From Corallochytrium limacisporum Hawaii (taxonomy: Eukaryota; Protista; Pluriformea), in assembly GCA_002811645.1 (NCBI GenBank), contig PDIP01000043.1:160934-224933 (forward strand): DNA of 64,000 bases, written 5' to 3'. The position numbers and the translations under genes were made by a program. The notes below the pieces were generated by a model. It worked only from the letters and a program-made list of their open reading frames with translations, made no database searches and was not told the origin of the DNA. This document shows positions 46,481 through 56,834 of this stretch, piece after piece (the stretch's first letter is position 1; the number at the start of each line of letters is the position of its first letter).

Positions 46481-48787
46481 CTATGCAAGGTACTGGTACA
46501 TGGATGAATTCTCTGCATCGCGTTGGAGATATTCTCGCTCGATCAAGGACTCGATTCTCTTCTTGAGCTCAATTGCTTTCAGCGGGAATTTCAACTGCTC
46601 ATATACTTCGGCGATGAGATTGTTATGGGCCAGCTGCTTGCGCATCTTCATGATACGCACAATTGCAGCATCGACCTGCAGACCACGATCTTGTTGCACC
46701 TTTTCAGTGATGTTCTCCTTCTCTTCCTTGGTCTCCTTCATCTGAATCTGATTGATCTTCACCTTAACATGCTTGTTCTCAAACTTGTCGTTGAAATGGA
46801 ACACATCATCGTCTTCGACATCACGTCCCTTGGGTTCCTTGATGAGAGGACGCACTTTGGCACAGGCAAGGCTTTGCAGTTGAGTCCTCAAAGTCTTATC
46901 CTCCATGCCGGTAGCAGAAAGCAAGTCCTTGAAGGAGACCGTGTCACGATCGTTAAACTGCAGCAGGATCAATGCTTGGAACAGTGAGACCTGCAACTCC
47001 TTGTCTCCCTTTGGGAATCGTGCTTTAAGAGTGCACCGGTCACTCTGGTATGTCCATGTCAACTGTCGACCACCATGGCCGCCATGCTTGGACAAGTAGA
47101 AATTGGTGAAGGTGTCGCGGAACTTCTCCATTGCGGCTGGCAAATTCAAAGTCTGCGGTTGCTGGGTGGGCCAGTATCCTGTGGTGAGAACGTTAACGTA
47201 AAGCTCCATACCATCAAGTGAGCGTCCGCGTGTCTGGTTGAATGAGGCCATAATGCCTTTGCTAACATCTATGTCCTTAAACATACCCTCCAGCTTGCTC
47301 GTGAAGCTGGCTCCACACTCCTGCTTCAACTTACTCAGCATACTCTTTTCGGCATCACTGCTCGCACTGCGACCTAGGAGCAATCGTTTGGCCAGGTAGT
47401 TCTTGTAGAAGCTCTCGAACATGTCCTTGCCGTGAATGAAGCGGAAGAGTACCATAACTTCATCTAGAGTTTGCTCCAACTCTTCGTCCGTGAGTTCCTT
47501 AAGACCACTTCTGAGTTTCTCGTCGATGAACTTGGCAATATACTGAGCGGGAGCATTCTGACGCAGATTGATAGTATGCTCAAAAGCAGTGTTCATGGCC
47601 TGCACGAATTGAGATTGGGACGCAAATGCCTGCTTGATTGCCGTCTCCATCTCCTTTCTCAAGTTGAGAAGATCCTGCACCATTGTAGGATCACGTTCTT
47701 CCACCGTCACAATTATTGATCCACGTTTCTTCAAGTATTCAGTGAATGCCTCCTTCAACTTCGGAACCGCCTTAACGGATCCAAACAAATCATACATCAG
47801 CCTCAGAATATCGTACCGTTTGTTGTTCATGAGGTCTTCGAATCCACGTTTGATTAAAGTGTCAGTGTGGGTCTTCAACATTTTGTTCTCAACGGCCGAG
47901 CGAAGAGCACGCAGCGTCCGCATGTCAAGGTAGAATTCTGTCCTTTTGGTCTCATCATTCAATCGGCGATCCACTTCCTTCAGGTACTCTGCAACTTCCA
48001 GATTCTGGATGCGATCATTCGCTAGATTCTCATAGTATTCATTCGTGGCCTTCAACAACGGCGGTTCAAGAGTGTCCCGGTAAATTCTTAGAGACAGAAA
48101 GATGCGGACCACAGACTTCAACAACTGGCGCTCAACATCTTCCCCGTCCCTTTCCTTGCAGACAAGAGCAAGCAGGTCTCTAATTGTGCGCTGTTGAATT
48201 TCTTCAACTCCAAAAGGATGTTCTCGGAAAAATTTAAGTCCCAGATCGTACGTTGACAACAATTTGCTTTGTTGCAGAACATAGGTTCGGTCCATGATCA
48301 AGAAGATGCTTCGGATCATCCGCATCGACTCAATGTGCTCCAGCCAAATACTATTGAGTTTGGACAAGAAAGTATCTGTATCAGCCTTCATCTCCACTTG
48401 CAACTTCTCCCGAAACCCGGCAATGTGTGTCTCCAACTGATTGGACAACTTCTCATAAATAAATTCTGCCTTGTTGTGGGTACACATGTTCTCAACGCCG
48501 AGATACAGCTCCTCTAGAGAGCAACCAACGGGCTCTCTCTGATGCACGGCAGATACAGCAGCAGTCAGCTTTTCCCACGTTTTCTCTGCATAATCATCTG
48601 AAATTGCTGGTGCGTTAGACAGTCCCTTGATGACCAGCTTTCGTGGGCCATTGTTGTTGGTTTGGCGCTTTGCCATCTTCAGACCGTTCATGACTCTGAG
48701 AGATTCCCTGCGTCGCTTTCGAGACTCTGGATCGTCTGACAACTGTCCGACCTTGGCAAACGGACCCCTTGGTGAAACTTCAGCCAT
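46481..48787 (-). CDS. CUL4: Cullin-4
   Basis: KLVIK, SLEELY, IRSIFLIMDRTYVLQ, FRFIHGKDMFESFYK..LAKRLLLGRSAS.DAEKSMLSKLKQECG, neddylation site DAAIVRIMKMRK. First ATG is 48787. Confidence 0.96.
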   Translation of the reverse strand: MAEVSPRGPFAKVGQLSDDPESRKRRRESLRVMNGLKMAKRQTNNNGPRKLVIKGLSNAPAISDDYAEKTWEKLTAAVSAVHQREPVGCSLEELYLGVENMCTHNKAEFIYEKLSNQLETHIAGFREKLQVEMKADTDTFLSKLNSIWLEHIESMRMIRSIFLIMDRTYVLQQSKLLSTYDLGLKFFREHPFGVEEIQQRTIRDLLALVCKERDGEDVERQLLKSVVRIFLSLRIYRDTLEPPLLKATNEYYENLANDRIQNLEVAEYLKEVDRRLNDETKRTEFYLDMRTLRALRSAVENKMLKTHTDTLIKRGFEDLMNNKRYDILRLMYDLFGSVKAVPKLKEAFTEYLKKRGSIIVTVEERDPTMVQDLLNLRKEMETAIKQAFASQSQFVQAMNTAFEHTINLRQNAPAQYIAKFIDEKLRSGLKELTDEELEQTLDEVMVLFRFIHGKDMFESFYKNYLAKRLLLGRSASSDAEKSMLSKLKQECGASFTSKLEGMFKDIDVSKGIMASFNQTRGRSLDGMELYVNVLTTGYWPTQQPQTLNLPAAMEKFRDTFTNFYLSKHGGHGGRQLTWTYQSDRCTLKARFPKGDKELQVSLFQALILLQFNDRDTVSFKDLLSATGMEDKTLRTQLQSLACAKVRPLIKEPKGRDVEDDDVFHFNDKFENKHVKVKINQIQMKETKEEKENITEKVQQDRGLQVDAAIVRIMKMRKQLAHNNLIAEVYEQLKFPLKAIELKKRIESLIEREYLQRDAENSSMYQYLA

Positions 48788-49059
48788 TCGATGTAAAATT
48801 CCTATGATATTGATGGACACAAGTATTTACAATGACCTAGATCGTTCTCAATTCTGCCCATGAGCACCAACTCATTCCTTCTCCAAGATTCTGCAGAATA
48901 AGGCCTTGACTGCTTTTACCGAGCCCCAAAACGATAACTTGGTGCTAACACTAAAATATCTTCACCATGCCTTCCTTTTCAAAGGTTCATCACAGGCTCA
49001 AACCACGAATATGACTGGTAGTCTTACCTCTCACTTACGGGAATTTGTGAGGCCCCTTG

Positions 49060-49076
49060 CCCCCCCGGGGGGGGGG
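49060..49076. promoter_or_regulatory. C7G10 palindrome in CUL4/RPB4 divergent promoter
   Basis: CCCCCCCGGGGGGGGGG. Minus-strand donors GTAAGT (49038) and GTAAGA (49027) lie just downstream. Confidence 0.5.
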
Positions 49077-49891
49077 TTAAGACCGACCCCGCCTTTCATC
49101 CATAGGGAGTTCTTGTGTGGTCTGGAGGGTGCTGTGAGGCTGACAGAGAAGGAAGCAACAACGCCTCGGTACGTTCAATATTCTCCCGGCTACGGCGGCT
49201 AAAATTTTCTTGACCTGCGTTGAGTGAAAGGTCAAATACAGAAATGGCGACAAAAAGTGAGCAGAAGGGAACACCACCACACTGCTCTCCCGCGGTCCCT
49301 CACAGTGTACCTCATCCGTACGTTCCGTTGAGACGAGAATGGAGAGATTCTGAGAGTAGCATCCACCGTGTGTTCATGCAGTCTAGGCGCTGGTTTGGCT
49401 TTGGTTGGCTTTTTTTTTGATGCTGCCTACAAAGAAAGTTCGGGCCTTCGGTACCAAACATACTCAACGCTCGCCTCCTGGTTTCCCGACGTTTTGCATT
49501 GCCGGCGGGACCCCAACGCGAACAACGCCGTTAACCCAGTTTCATCTTCGCCCCTCCACTGCTCTGTGTCCGAGTTTTGTTCTGGTATTTTCGCTCTCCC
49601 CATTGGCGTTGTGTTTCCATTAGTGGGGCAAGTTGCCTGTGTGAGTTTATTCTTCAAGGATTTGTCAACGGCTCTTGGTCGATGTCGACGAAACAAAAAA
49701 CACATTTCAAAGGTGATCCGGATATCATAATTACCCCCTGGTGTAACTCGTCTATTGGAAAGCTGACGACTCTGGGAAGGAGTGGACACCCAGTACAATT
49801 AGGTCGTTGGCGCGAGCCATTCAGTGGCGCATTTCCGAAGGGGCCCATGTGACCCGAGTGTCGGGCGAAGTGCTGAAAGAGTGCCATGCAG

Positions 49892-49990
49892 GTACTTGCA
49901 GCCACAGAGGGACTCTTGGACGTGTGATCTGAACACACATATCTTCAGCCTAACGCGGAAGAAAAAGACTAGGAAATGCTTTCCCTACAG
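49892..49990 (+). other. Predicted 5'-UTR intron of RPB4
   Basis: CAG|GTACTT ... CTAAC (49950) ... tttccctaCAG|gttccgctagaATG. Confidence 0.55.
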
Positions 49991-50001
49991 GTTCCGCTAG
50001 A

Positions 50002-50442
50002 ATGTCGCGGCAAGTGAAAGGAAAGTCAATCGATAAAGCGGGTGAGCTGCTTTTCGCAGACGAGCTAAAGAGCGCAAAACCGCTGTCAACATCAGAAGTT
50101 TTCTTGACTTTACAGACAAGGATTCAGGAGCAGGCGCGCCAGGGATATGAAGGTCAGCAGGAAAACGAAAGCTTTGACAAATTTTATCAGTATGCTGAAA
50201 AATTTGCAGTGTACAATTCTGCCAACACAGTGAAGCAGGTTCATGCTCTGCTCCAAAGGGTACCTCTGCTGCATGATTTTGAACGGGCAAGCTTAGCTAC
50301 TTTGCTTCCAAACACGGTCGAAGAAGCACGGGCACTGATCCCGAGTTTAAACATAGAGCGGAATGGGGCCAAACTTGAAGACGACGACCTTGAAGGTCTG
50401 TTGGAAGATTTGATCAAGTTTAGGGATATGCATGCTGGGTAG
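50002..50442 (+). CDS. POLR2D: RNA polymerase II subunit RPB4
   Basis: AGELLF..EL.SAKPLSTSEV, LHDFERASLATLLPNTVEEARALIPSL (HRDC-like RPB4 fold). Confidence 0.92.
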   Translation: MSRQVKGKSIDKAGELLFADELKSAKPLSTSEVFLTLQTRIQEQARQGYEGQQENESFDKFYQYAEKFAVYNSANTVKQVHALLQRVPLLHDFERASLATLLPNTVEEARALIPSLNIERNGAKLEDDDLEGLLEDLIKFRDMHAG

Positions 50443-50479
50443 ACTTTCTTGTTCAATGCCGCTTTATAGAATAAAATTG

Positions 50480-51970
50480 TCATGTTTCCATTTCATTATC
50501 GTCGGGTTCATCTACCTCTAGAGGGTCTCCATCGGCGTCGTCTTGTTCCATCACGGAATGGCTTGCCATGTCAATATCTTCTGCGCCACTCTGGTAGTTC
50601 AGTAGGTCCTCGTCCTCCATGTTGTCAGCAGGTGCCTGGCCAGTATCAGATATTGATTGGACATTGATGGTGATACCAGAAGCTCCGGTGGTTTGCTCCC
50701 CTGGCTTTTCTGAAGACTCTGGTTCCACCTGTTTATGATTTGCCGCTATTCCCACAGCATCGTCCGCACCCTTTGCCTCCGTGCCCTCGGCGATTTCCAC
50801 TGTTTTCCCTGGAGGAGCCTCGTCTCTAGAAGTTTCGTCTTCGACCCTATCATCCTTGTTGTCTGCCGACTTGTCATGTTGCTCTTCCTCTGCTTCATCA
50901 AGATCTTCGACATCAGGGTCTTCACCTTCGAACGGAATTTCTTCCTCGTCCTCTTCGTCTTCATCCTCGTTTTCTTCTTCCCCGTCATCCCCTTCATCGT
51001 CCTCATCCCCGGCGTCATCTTCATCCCCGTCTTCATCATCTTCATCCACGTCTTCGTCATCTATGTCGTCGCCTTCGTCATCGTCTTCACTCACGAACCC
51101 AGCATGATATTCGTCCACGTCAATGACCTCGGGTGTTTCGAGTTCAGTCTTTTGTAAATGATAGTACTGGAATGGGCTTGGCCACAACTCTTTGACAATT
51201 GCATCAGCGATCGCATTACCATCCGGATCACTGTCCGAAAAATGAGTTGAGAACCACTGGAAGAATGTCGGTGTCTCATCATACGACTCTGAAAATTCTG
51301 GTTCTGTGAAGGACGTCAGTGTCTGTTTCTCCTGCTGCCTATGGAAGGTTTTTGACAGCACTGTGTTTTTCAAATGCTCATTCTCGCTGAACAGGAGTCT
51401 ACATTCAACTTGCAAATCTTCGTTGCTTGTTGTCTTGGACACACTGATATTCTTCAGATACTTTAGGATTTGACGGTCAACCTGAGTAATGTAATCATGA
51501 AGGACCGGATGGGAAGCTAGAGTCTTCAACCAAAACCCAGGGATCTGTTCAATAAGTGCATCACGCTCCTTGTAGATGGGACTCTTTGTGTTGTGGTATT
51601 CACATTCAATTTTGTTGATCTCGTTCTTCATATCTTTGTCGATTTCGTCCAATTTGGCTTGCACATCTTTCGCTTGCTGGACCATGTGTCTGTATTCTTC
51701 TTCATCACCGTCGTTGTCATCGCTGATGTCGATGACTTCTGGGGTTTCATGTTCAGAAGATGACAGAATCCCATCCACGTGTTCCTCAGGATTCAAGACT
51801 GCTGCTTCCACAGCAGCCCCTTCATTCTGCTTAGGTATCTCCTCCCCATCATTTGAAACTGATTCGGTCACACCTTGCTTTGCTTCCCCGGTTGTTTTAT
51901 CTTCCGTCCTTTGTCGTTTGGCTACAGGGTTCTCCTGCTCCGGGTGATCACGTTCATCAGACGTTACCAT
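50480..51970 (-). CDS. SET/TSPY/NAP-family histone chaperone with long acidic tail
   Basis: PIYKERDALIEQIPGFWLKTLASHP, F.ENEHLKNTVLSKTF, TFFQWF, IADAIVKELWPSPFQYY, then a D/E-rich tract. Confidence 0.9.
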   Translation of the reverse strand: MVTSDERDHPEQENPVAKRQRTEDKTTGEAKQGVTESVSNDGEEIPKQNEGAAVEAAVLNPEEHVDGILSSSEHETPEVIDISDDNDGDEEEYRHMVQQAKDVQAKLDEIDKDMKNEINKIECEYHNTKSPIYKERDALIEQIPGFWLKTLASHPVLHDYITQVDRQILKYLKNISVSKTTSNEDLQVECRLLFSENEHLKNTVLSKTFHRQQEKQTLTSFTEPEFSESYDETPTFFQWFSTHFSDSDPDGNAIADAIVKELWPSPFQYYHLQKTELETPEVIDVDEYHAGFVSEDDDEGDDIDDEDVDEDDEDGDEDDAGDEDDEGDDGEEENEDEDEEDEEEIPFEGEDPDVEDLDEAEEEQHDKSADNKDDRVEDETSRDEAPPGKTVEIAEGTEAKGADDAVGIAANHKQVEPESSEKPGEQTTGASGITINVQSISDTGQAPADNMEDEDLLNYQSGAEDIDMASHSVMEQDDADGDPLEVDEPDDNEMET

Positions 51971-52188
51971 TTTGGCATATAACACGGCTCATAATGTTTA
52001 GGGGAAACGGAACAAACGCTTCATAAATACAGGACAATGTTGATATTGCGAAGAATGATCCAGCTCCAGTGATGTACCTTCATGATGTGTGGTGTGAAAA
52101 ATCCCATCAGCTACGTCAGCTTCGCGCGGTCCACAGCGGAAAGGCGGGCCGGTCTTGGGAGGAACCCTCCTTTCCCGCCAATGGACAA

Positions 52189-52201
52189 CCCCCCCCCCCG
52201 G
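52189..52201. promoter_or_regulatory. C11G2 element in SET/LRRC40 divergent promoter
   Basis: Poly-C run ending in CCGG between head-to-head genes. Confidence 0.45.
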
Positions 52202-52544
52202 TTCGCGTCTTCGGTGTGTAGGGTGGGTTTCAGGCGGCTGCCATTCCACTGCCTCAGCCGACTCCAAGCTTAGGCATGGCGCCAATTAAATAGGCCCCCA
52301 ATTGATACACTATATTCACTACTGGTTGCCACAATTTCCTGCCAAGACGGCAAATTCAACTCTCTCACGGTATGTGGCCGACTCGTTCGGACGCAATGGA
52401 TGGTCTTGCTGCGCACAGACCCTAAGATATCAGCGAATTCACCCGAGTCAGCGGCGGGAACATACTTAAACTTGCTCACCTTGATTTGAACAAAGTCTTA
52501 GACTTCAACTGAAATGTTTCTAATATTTACTCGTCACATTGGTC

Positions 52545-54290
52545 ATGAAATCGAGAGCCAGCGGGATCAATCCCCAGAAACTAAAGCAAGCACGGGCATC
52601 TGGTGTCCTGAATATTGCTAACAGCGGACTCACAGAACTTCCTGAAGAAGTGTTTTCCCTTCCTGAATTGGCAAACCAAGATAGTCATATTGATTTCTCA
52701 AGCACAGACAATGGATGGTGGGAAAAACATGATCTACATAAGTTGGACGTCAGTCGCAACCAGCTGCAGACCCTACCTGAGAACCTTCATGAGCTCGAGT
52801 CTTTGGTTAAGTTGATTCTTCGAGACAACGAAATTCGTCTTCTACCTGAGAGCCTTTGCAAACTGCCAAATCTTGAGGTCCTCATTCTTACGAGGAACAA
52901 ACTTTGCAAACTACCAGAATTTCTGGGCTTACTGGTTACTCTGAAAGTTCTGCAGATCGATGCCAACGAGCTGTTGGAATTGCCTATATCTGTCGGCGAA
53001 TTGGTCCATATGGAGCAGTTGTATCTGCAGAGAAATTCTTTAACCACCTTGCCTTCTTCTCTTGGCTGCTGCCAGGCATTGAGAACAGTCGATCTCTCCT
53101 ATAACCAATTGGTGTCTGTTCCCGATGTCCTATTCCACCTTCCTGAGCTGAAGGACCTCAAATTGTCCAGGAATAGGATCAAAGAGGTACCCAACATTCG
53201 GAGTAGGACCTTGGTTCGTTTAGAGATTCGGGAGTGTTCATTGGAATGTATTGGTGACATTGACTGTCCTTGTTTGAAGGAACTCTATCTCGGCAGCAAC
53301 AAACTCGCCGGGTTCCCGCCAAAGCTGAATGCAGCCTTACTGACAACCATTGACTGTGGCACGAATAAGATCTCCAACATTCCGAACGATATCGACAAGA
53401 CGTTACCAAATGTTGAACGATTGGATATCAGCAACAACGGTATTTCCGAAATTCCTCCAGCAGTGGTTCGTCTTCGTCAACTTGAAAGCTTGGTGATTGA
53501 GGGAAACCCGCTGCGATCTATTCGACAGGGTGTCATAGCTAAGGGCACGAGCGCGGTGATCAAGTATTTGAAAGATCGGTACGCTGAGGAGGACGCGGAT
53601 GATCAGCCTCAAGATGTCATGAACCGTATGCGAAATATGGCTTTACATGAGGACTACCAAAAGGGGGCTCTTGTAAATCTGGCAGGCAAAGGATTATCTG
53701 CTGTGCCTGATGAGGTTCATGAAGCAGTGAAGGATCTGGGAGTGGTCAAACGGCTGAACTTGTCCAACAACAAGTTTGTTGAAGTCCCAACAGAAGTTGC
53801 GCAGGCGGGTCGTCACCTGGAAGACCTTGATTTGAGCATCAATCGCCTGGTTCGCTTTCCAGGAGATTTGTGTACGTGTTTAAGTAACCTTGCTCATTTG
53901 GATCTATCTCGCAACCAGATGGATCTCTTGCCATTGGAGTTCTCGCATCTGGGTCAGTTGCTGTCACTAAGACTAGGATACAACAAATTCCGGGCCATTC
54001 CTGCTCTCGAAGGATTAAACACGCTTGAAGTGCTCATCCTGACAGATAACCAGATCGCCAGCATCGATGTTCACATTTTGTTGTCAGTGCCTAAATTGAA
54101 GACATTGGACCTGAGCAACAATAACATTAGCCAAGTCCCGGCTGAGCTCGGCCACCTGAGACTGCAAAGCCTGGGACTTACGGGCAATCCCTTCCGAATT
54201 CCCCGACCACAGATCGTGATGAAAGGGACGAACGCCATCCTCGACTATCTGCGAAGCCGCTTACCGGCAGACAATCGCATTACCGTCTAA
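52545..54290 (+). CDS. LRRC40: Leucine-rich repeat protein, LRRC40-like
   Basis: LKQARASGVLNIANSGLTELPEEV, WWE, many LxxLxLxxN repeats, GNPLRSIR...KGT.AVIKYLKDR, C-terminal GNPFRIPRPQIVMKGTNAILDYLRSR. Exact start is uncertain. Confidence 0.9.
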   Translation: MKSRASGINPQKLKQARASGVLNIANSGLTELPEEVFSLPELANQDSHIDFSSTDNGWWEKHDLHKLDVSRNQLQTLPENLHELESLVKLILRDNEIRLLPESLCKLPNLEVLILTRNKLCKLPEFLGLLVTLKVLQIDANELLELPISVGELVHMEQLYLQRNSLTTLPSSLGCCQALRTVDLSYNQLVSVPDVLFHLPELKDLKLSRNRIKEVPNIRSRTLVRLEIRECSLECIGDIDCPCLKELYLGSNKLAGFPPKLNAALLTTIDCGTNKISNIPNDIDKTLPNVERLDISNNGISEIPPAVVRLRQLESLVIEGNPLRSIRQGVIAKGTSAVIKYLKDRYAEEDADDQPQDVMNRMRNMALHEDYQKGALVNLAGKGLSAVPDEVHEAVKDLGVVKRLNLSNNKFVEVPTEVAQAGRHLEDLDLSINRLVRFPGDLCTCLSNLAHLDLSRNQMDLLPLEFSHLGQLLSLRLGYNKFRAIPALEGLNTLEVLILTDNQIASIDVHILLSVPKLKTLDLSNNNISQVPAELGHLRLQSLGLTGNPFRIPRPQIVMKGTNAILDYLRSRLPADNRITV

Positions 54291-54335
54291 CATGAATAAA
54301 ACTTCTATGGAATTATACAAACTATTACTGGTACC

Positions 54336-55934
54336 TCACAGGAACAATGATTCTACGTCCTCCAGTCGAATTCCCTTCGTCTCGGGCAACTTGAGGAAGA
54401 AGTATATCCAGCCTACGACGGCAAATGCTGCGTACAGAAGGAACGTTCCCTCTGGTCTAAATGCATCGATAAGCGACAAGAACGTCAGACTGACCACGAA
54501 ATTGGCGGCCCAATTCATACTTGTAGCTATGCCGGTGCCCGCGGATCGGTAGTGACTACCATATATCTCTGAGTTGATGGTCCATGGCATGGGCCCCATT
54601 CCAGAAGCAAAGCAGGCCAAGTACAAGACCATTGCGGAAAGCGACAGCAATGGCACACCCGTCCGGAATGAAATGGACAATAACGCAAGGCTAATGGCCA
54701 CACCTGCCAAGCTCCCTAGCAGCACACCTCGGCGTGAAAATTTGTGCGCGATCGGAATGCTGACCAAACTGAAGGCAAAATTGACAAAGGCTACCGGGGC
54801 TGCTAACCAGACAGCCCATGTATCGTCCTTAATGCCACTCTTCAGCAGGATGGTCGAAGAAAAATACATGACGGTGTTGATACCAACTAATTGTTGGATC
54901 AATTGCAGACTGCAACCCAGTACAAGAGCCTTTAGGAATGGTTTGTGGGTGAGCTTGTCCCAAATAGTTACCTCCAGACCACCATGCGTTCGAGATGCCT
55001 CCTCCGCCAGTTCTGCCAGCTCCACTGTCCCCGGCTCACCTTTCAATTTCTCCAGAATATGACTCGCCCGATCCATCTTGCTTTTCATTACGCACCAGCG
55101 GGGCGTCTCCACCAAGAATGCATACGCCAGCACCAGCTGGAGGAAGGACGGGATCCCACTCACTCCAAGCATCCACCGCCAGTTGTTGGGTGTGTTTACA
55201 AGGAACCCATTCACCACAGTGGCCACGAATTGGCCAAAGGTAATCTGCGTATTGTAAAACACAATAATTGCACCCCTCTTCTTGGCCGGAGACATCTCCG
55301 CCAAGTACATGGGGATAGCCTGAGATGCAATACCCACGCCTAGACCTGCAACAACACGACCGAACACGAGCATAGTCGTATTACGAGCTGCACCCATAAG
55401 CAAAGCACCCACTGTGAAGGCTATTGCAGATATAATGATGGTAGGTCTCCTACCCGTACGGTCGCTTAGGTAAGACCCTATGTATGATCCGAACCAAGCC
55501 CCAAGAACAGCACCAGCCACAACAATACCTTGCATGATCGAACTGAGTTCGAGATCTTTAGCAATTAGAACAATGGCGCCACTGACTACTCCAGTGTCAT
55601 ACCCAAATAGGAACCCGCCCATTGAGGCTATCAAAGAAAGGTACAGCAATCGCAAAGACGGCATCGACCGCATAGGATCACGGCCATCTCCATCAGCAAA
55701 GAAATGTAAGTCAGTGCTATCCAAAAAGAGATCCTCGCCAGAATGAGAATAGGTGAGATCACTGTAGCTCGCCTGTTCCTCATCTTGCTCAAGGGGTCGA
55801 TAGCCGCCCCCCGACATTGTGTTTGATCTTCTTGGACTTCTTCGTGGACTTCTTCGTGGACTTCTTCGTCGACCACCACCACCCCTGAAGCGGCCAAGCG
55901 GAATCACCTGGTCCTGTGTGTTGGATGGATTCAT
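54336..55934 (-). CDS. SLC2A13: MFS sugar porter, proton myo-inositol cotransporter (HMIT/ITR)-like
   Basis: GGFLFGYDTGVVSGA, DRTGRR, PMYLAEMSP..RG, ETPRW, QQLVGINTVMY, GMGPMPWTINSEIY, LPETKG. Confidence 0.88.
   Translation of the reverse strand: MNPSNTQDQVIPLGRFRGGGGRRRSPRRSPRRSPRRSNTMSGGGYRPLEQDEEQASYSDLTYSHSGEDLFLDSTDLHFFADGDGRDPMRSMPSLRLLYLSLIASMGGFLFGYDTGVVSGAIVLIAKDLELSSIMQGIVVAGAVLGAWFGSYIGSYLSDRTGRRPTIIISAIAFTVGALLMGAARNTTMLVFGRVVAGLGVGIASQAIPMYLAEMSPAKKRGAIIVFYNTQITFGQFVATVVNGFLVNTPNNWRWMLGVSGIPSFLQLVLAYAFLVETPRWCVMKSKMDRASHILEKLKGEPGTVELAELAEEASRTHGGLEVTIWDKLTHKPFLKALVLGCSLQLIQQLVGINTVMYFSSTILLKSGIKDDTWAVWLAAPVAFVNFAFSLVSIPIAHKFSRRGVLLGSLAGVAISLALLSISFRTGVPLLSLSAMVLYLACFASGMGPMPWTINSEIYGSHYRSAGTGIATSMNWAANFVVSLTFLSLIDAFRPEGTFLLYAAFAVVGWIYFFLKLPETKGIRLEDVESLFL
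55828..55872 (-). repeat. 12-nt coding tandem repeat encoding (RRSP/R)n in transporter N-terminus
   Basis: cttcttcgtgga x2 plus degenerate flanking copies; translates as RRRSPRRSPRRSPRRS. Confidence 0.85.
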
Positions 55935-55946
55935 TTATTTTTGCAA

Positions 55947-56070
55947 CTGTTATCGGTACATTTCACTTTCAACAGAAATCACATTCTCTCTGACCGTCTG
56001 AAAGTTTCTTGGCCTGCGGCAGTGGTTCCTGTCGCTTTGATTGCGTACAATCAACACAAGTTACTCTTAC
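55947..56070 (-). other. Predicted 5'-UTR intron of inositol transporter
   Basis: A|GTAAGA ... gaTAACAG|ttgcaaaaataaATG (124 nt). Confidence 0.5.
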
Positions 56071-56478
56071 TGGAAATCTTCATAGCCCATGATCATCTCA
56101 TTTTCCAGACATCTCATTTCCGAACTACCTTTGAGGAACACTTAGGGTGACCAACTAACAGCAGCAGCCCACTCAACTCCGAAGATTCTCACCGTTCGGA
56201 ACATCAGGGGCTCATTGGCCATCGGACTCGCCAGAAAAAATTAAGGAGGAGGAATGGCGGCAACGGTGCGATGGCAAGAAAAAAAACTTACGAGGGTACG
56301 CCCCCGGACCGGGCTAGCCATTGTTCACCACAGTCGGGGGAGCCAAAATCGGTCCACCCTCCACTTCGCCGCTCGCCCGCGCACTCCTGGTTCCGCATCA
56401 GGGGACGCGCGTACCAGCAGGAGATTAGCGATCTTCAATATGTGAGAGCACACAGACCAGGCGCAGATTTCACATCGG

Positions 56479-56520
56479 CCCCTCCCCTTCCCCCCTCCCT
56501 TCCTGGGGGAGGGGGTAGGG
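56479..56520. promoter_or_regulatory. C-rich/G-rich inverted element in HMIT/SF3A3 divergent promoter
   Basis: cccctccccttccccccctccct-tcct-gggggagggggtaggg, an imperfect inverted repeat. Confidence 0.45.
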
Positions 56521-56834
56521 TGGAGGTTGGGAAGGGAGGGACTCGGTTCCTCGATAGCACCTGTAGTTTGAAACGCCCCCGTGTGGTTGTGTCAATAGTT
56601 TGACATTGTGAATCACGGACAGGCATACACGCCGGTGGCACGAAACCCAACCACCGTCGTTGCGCAGATGGGGGCTTAAGGTGAGCAAGGTGCAGCAGTA
56701 TTGGGGTATTAGAATCATGGAAATAGGGTACTCTTTACATTTCAACTCATATCGTACATACACAAAGATGTCTGCAAACACCGCGAAACAGACAGAGACA
56801 CGCAGAAATTCTTACAGAGAGAAAGAGCTATGGC

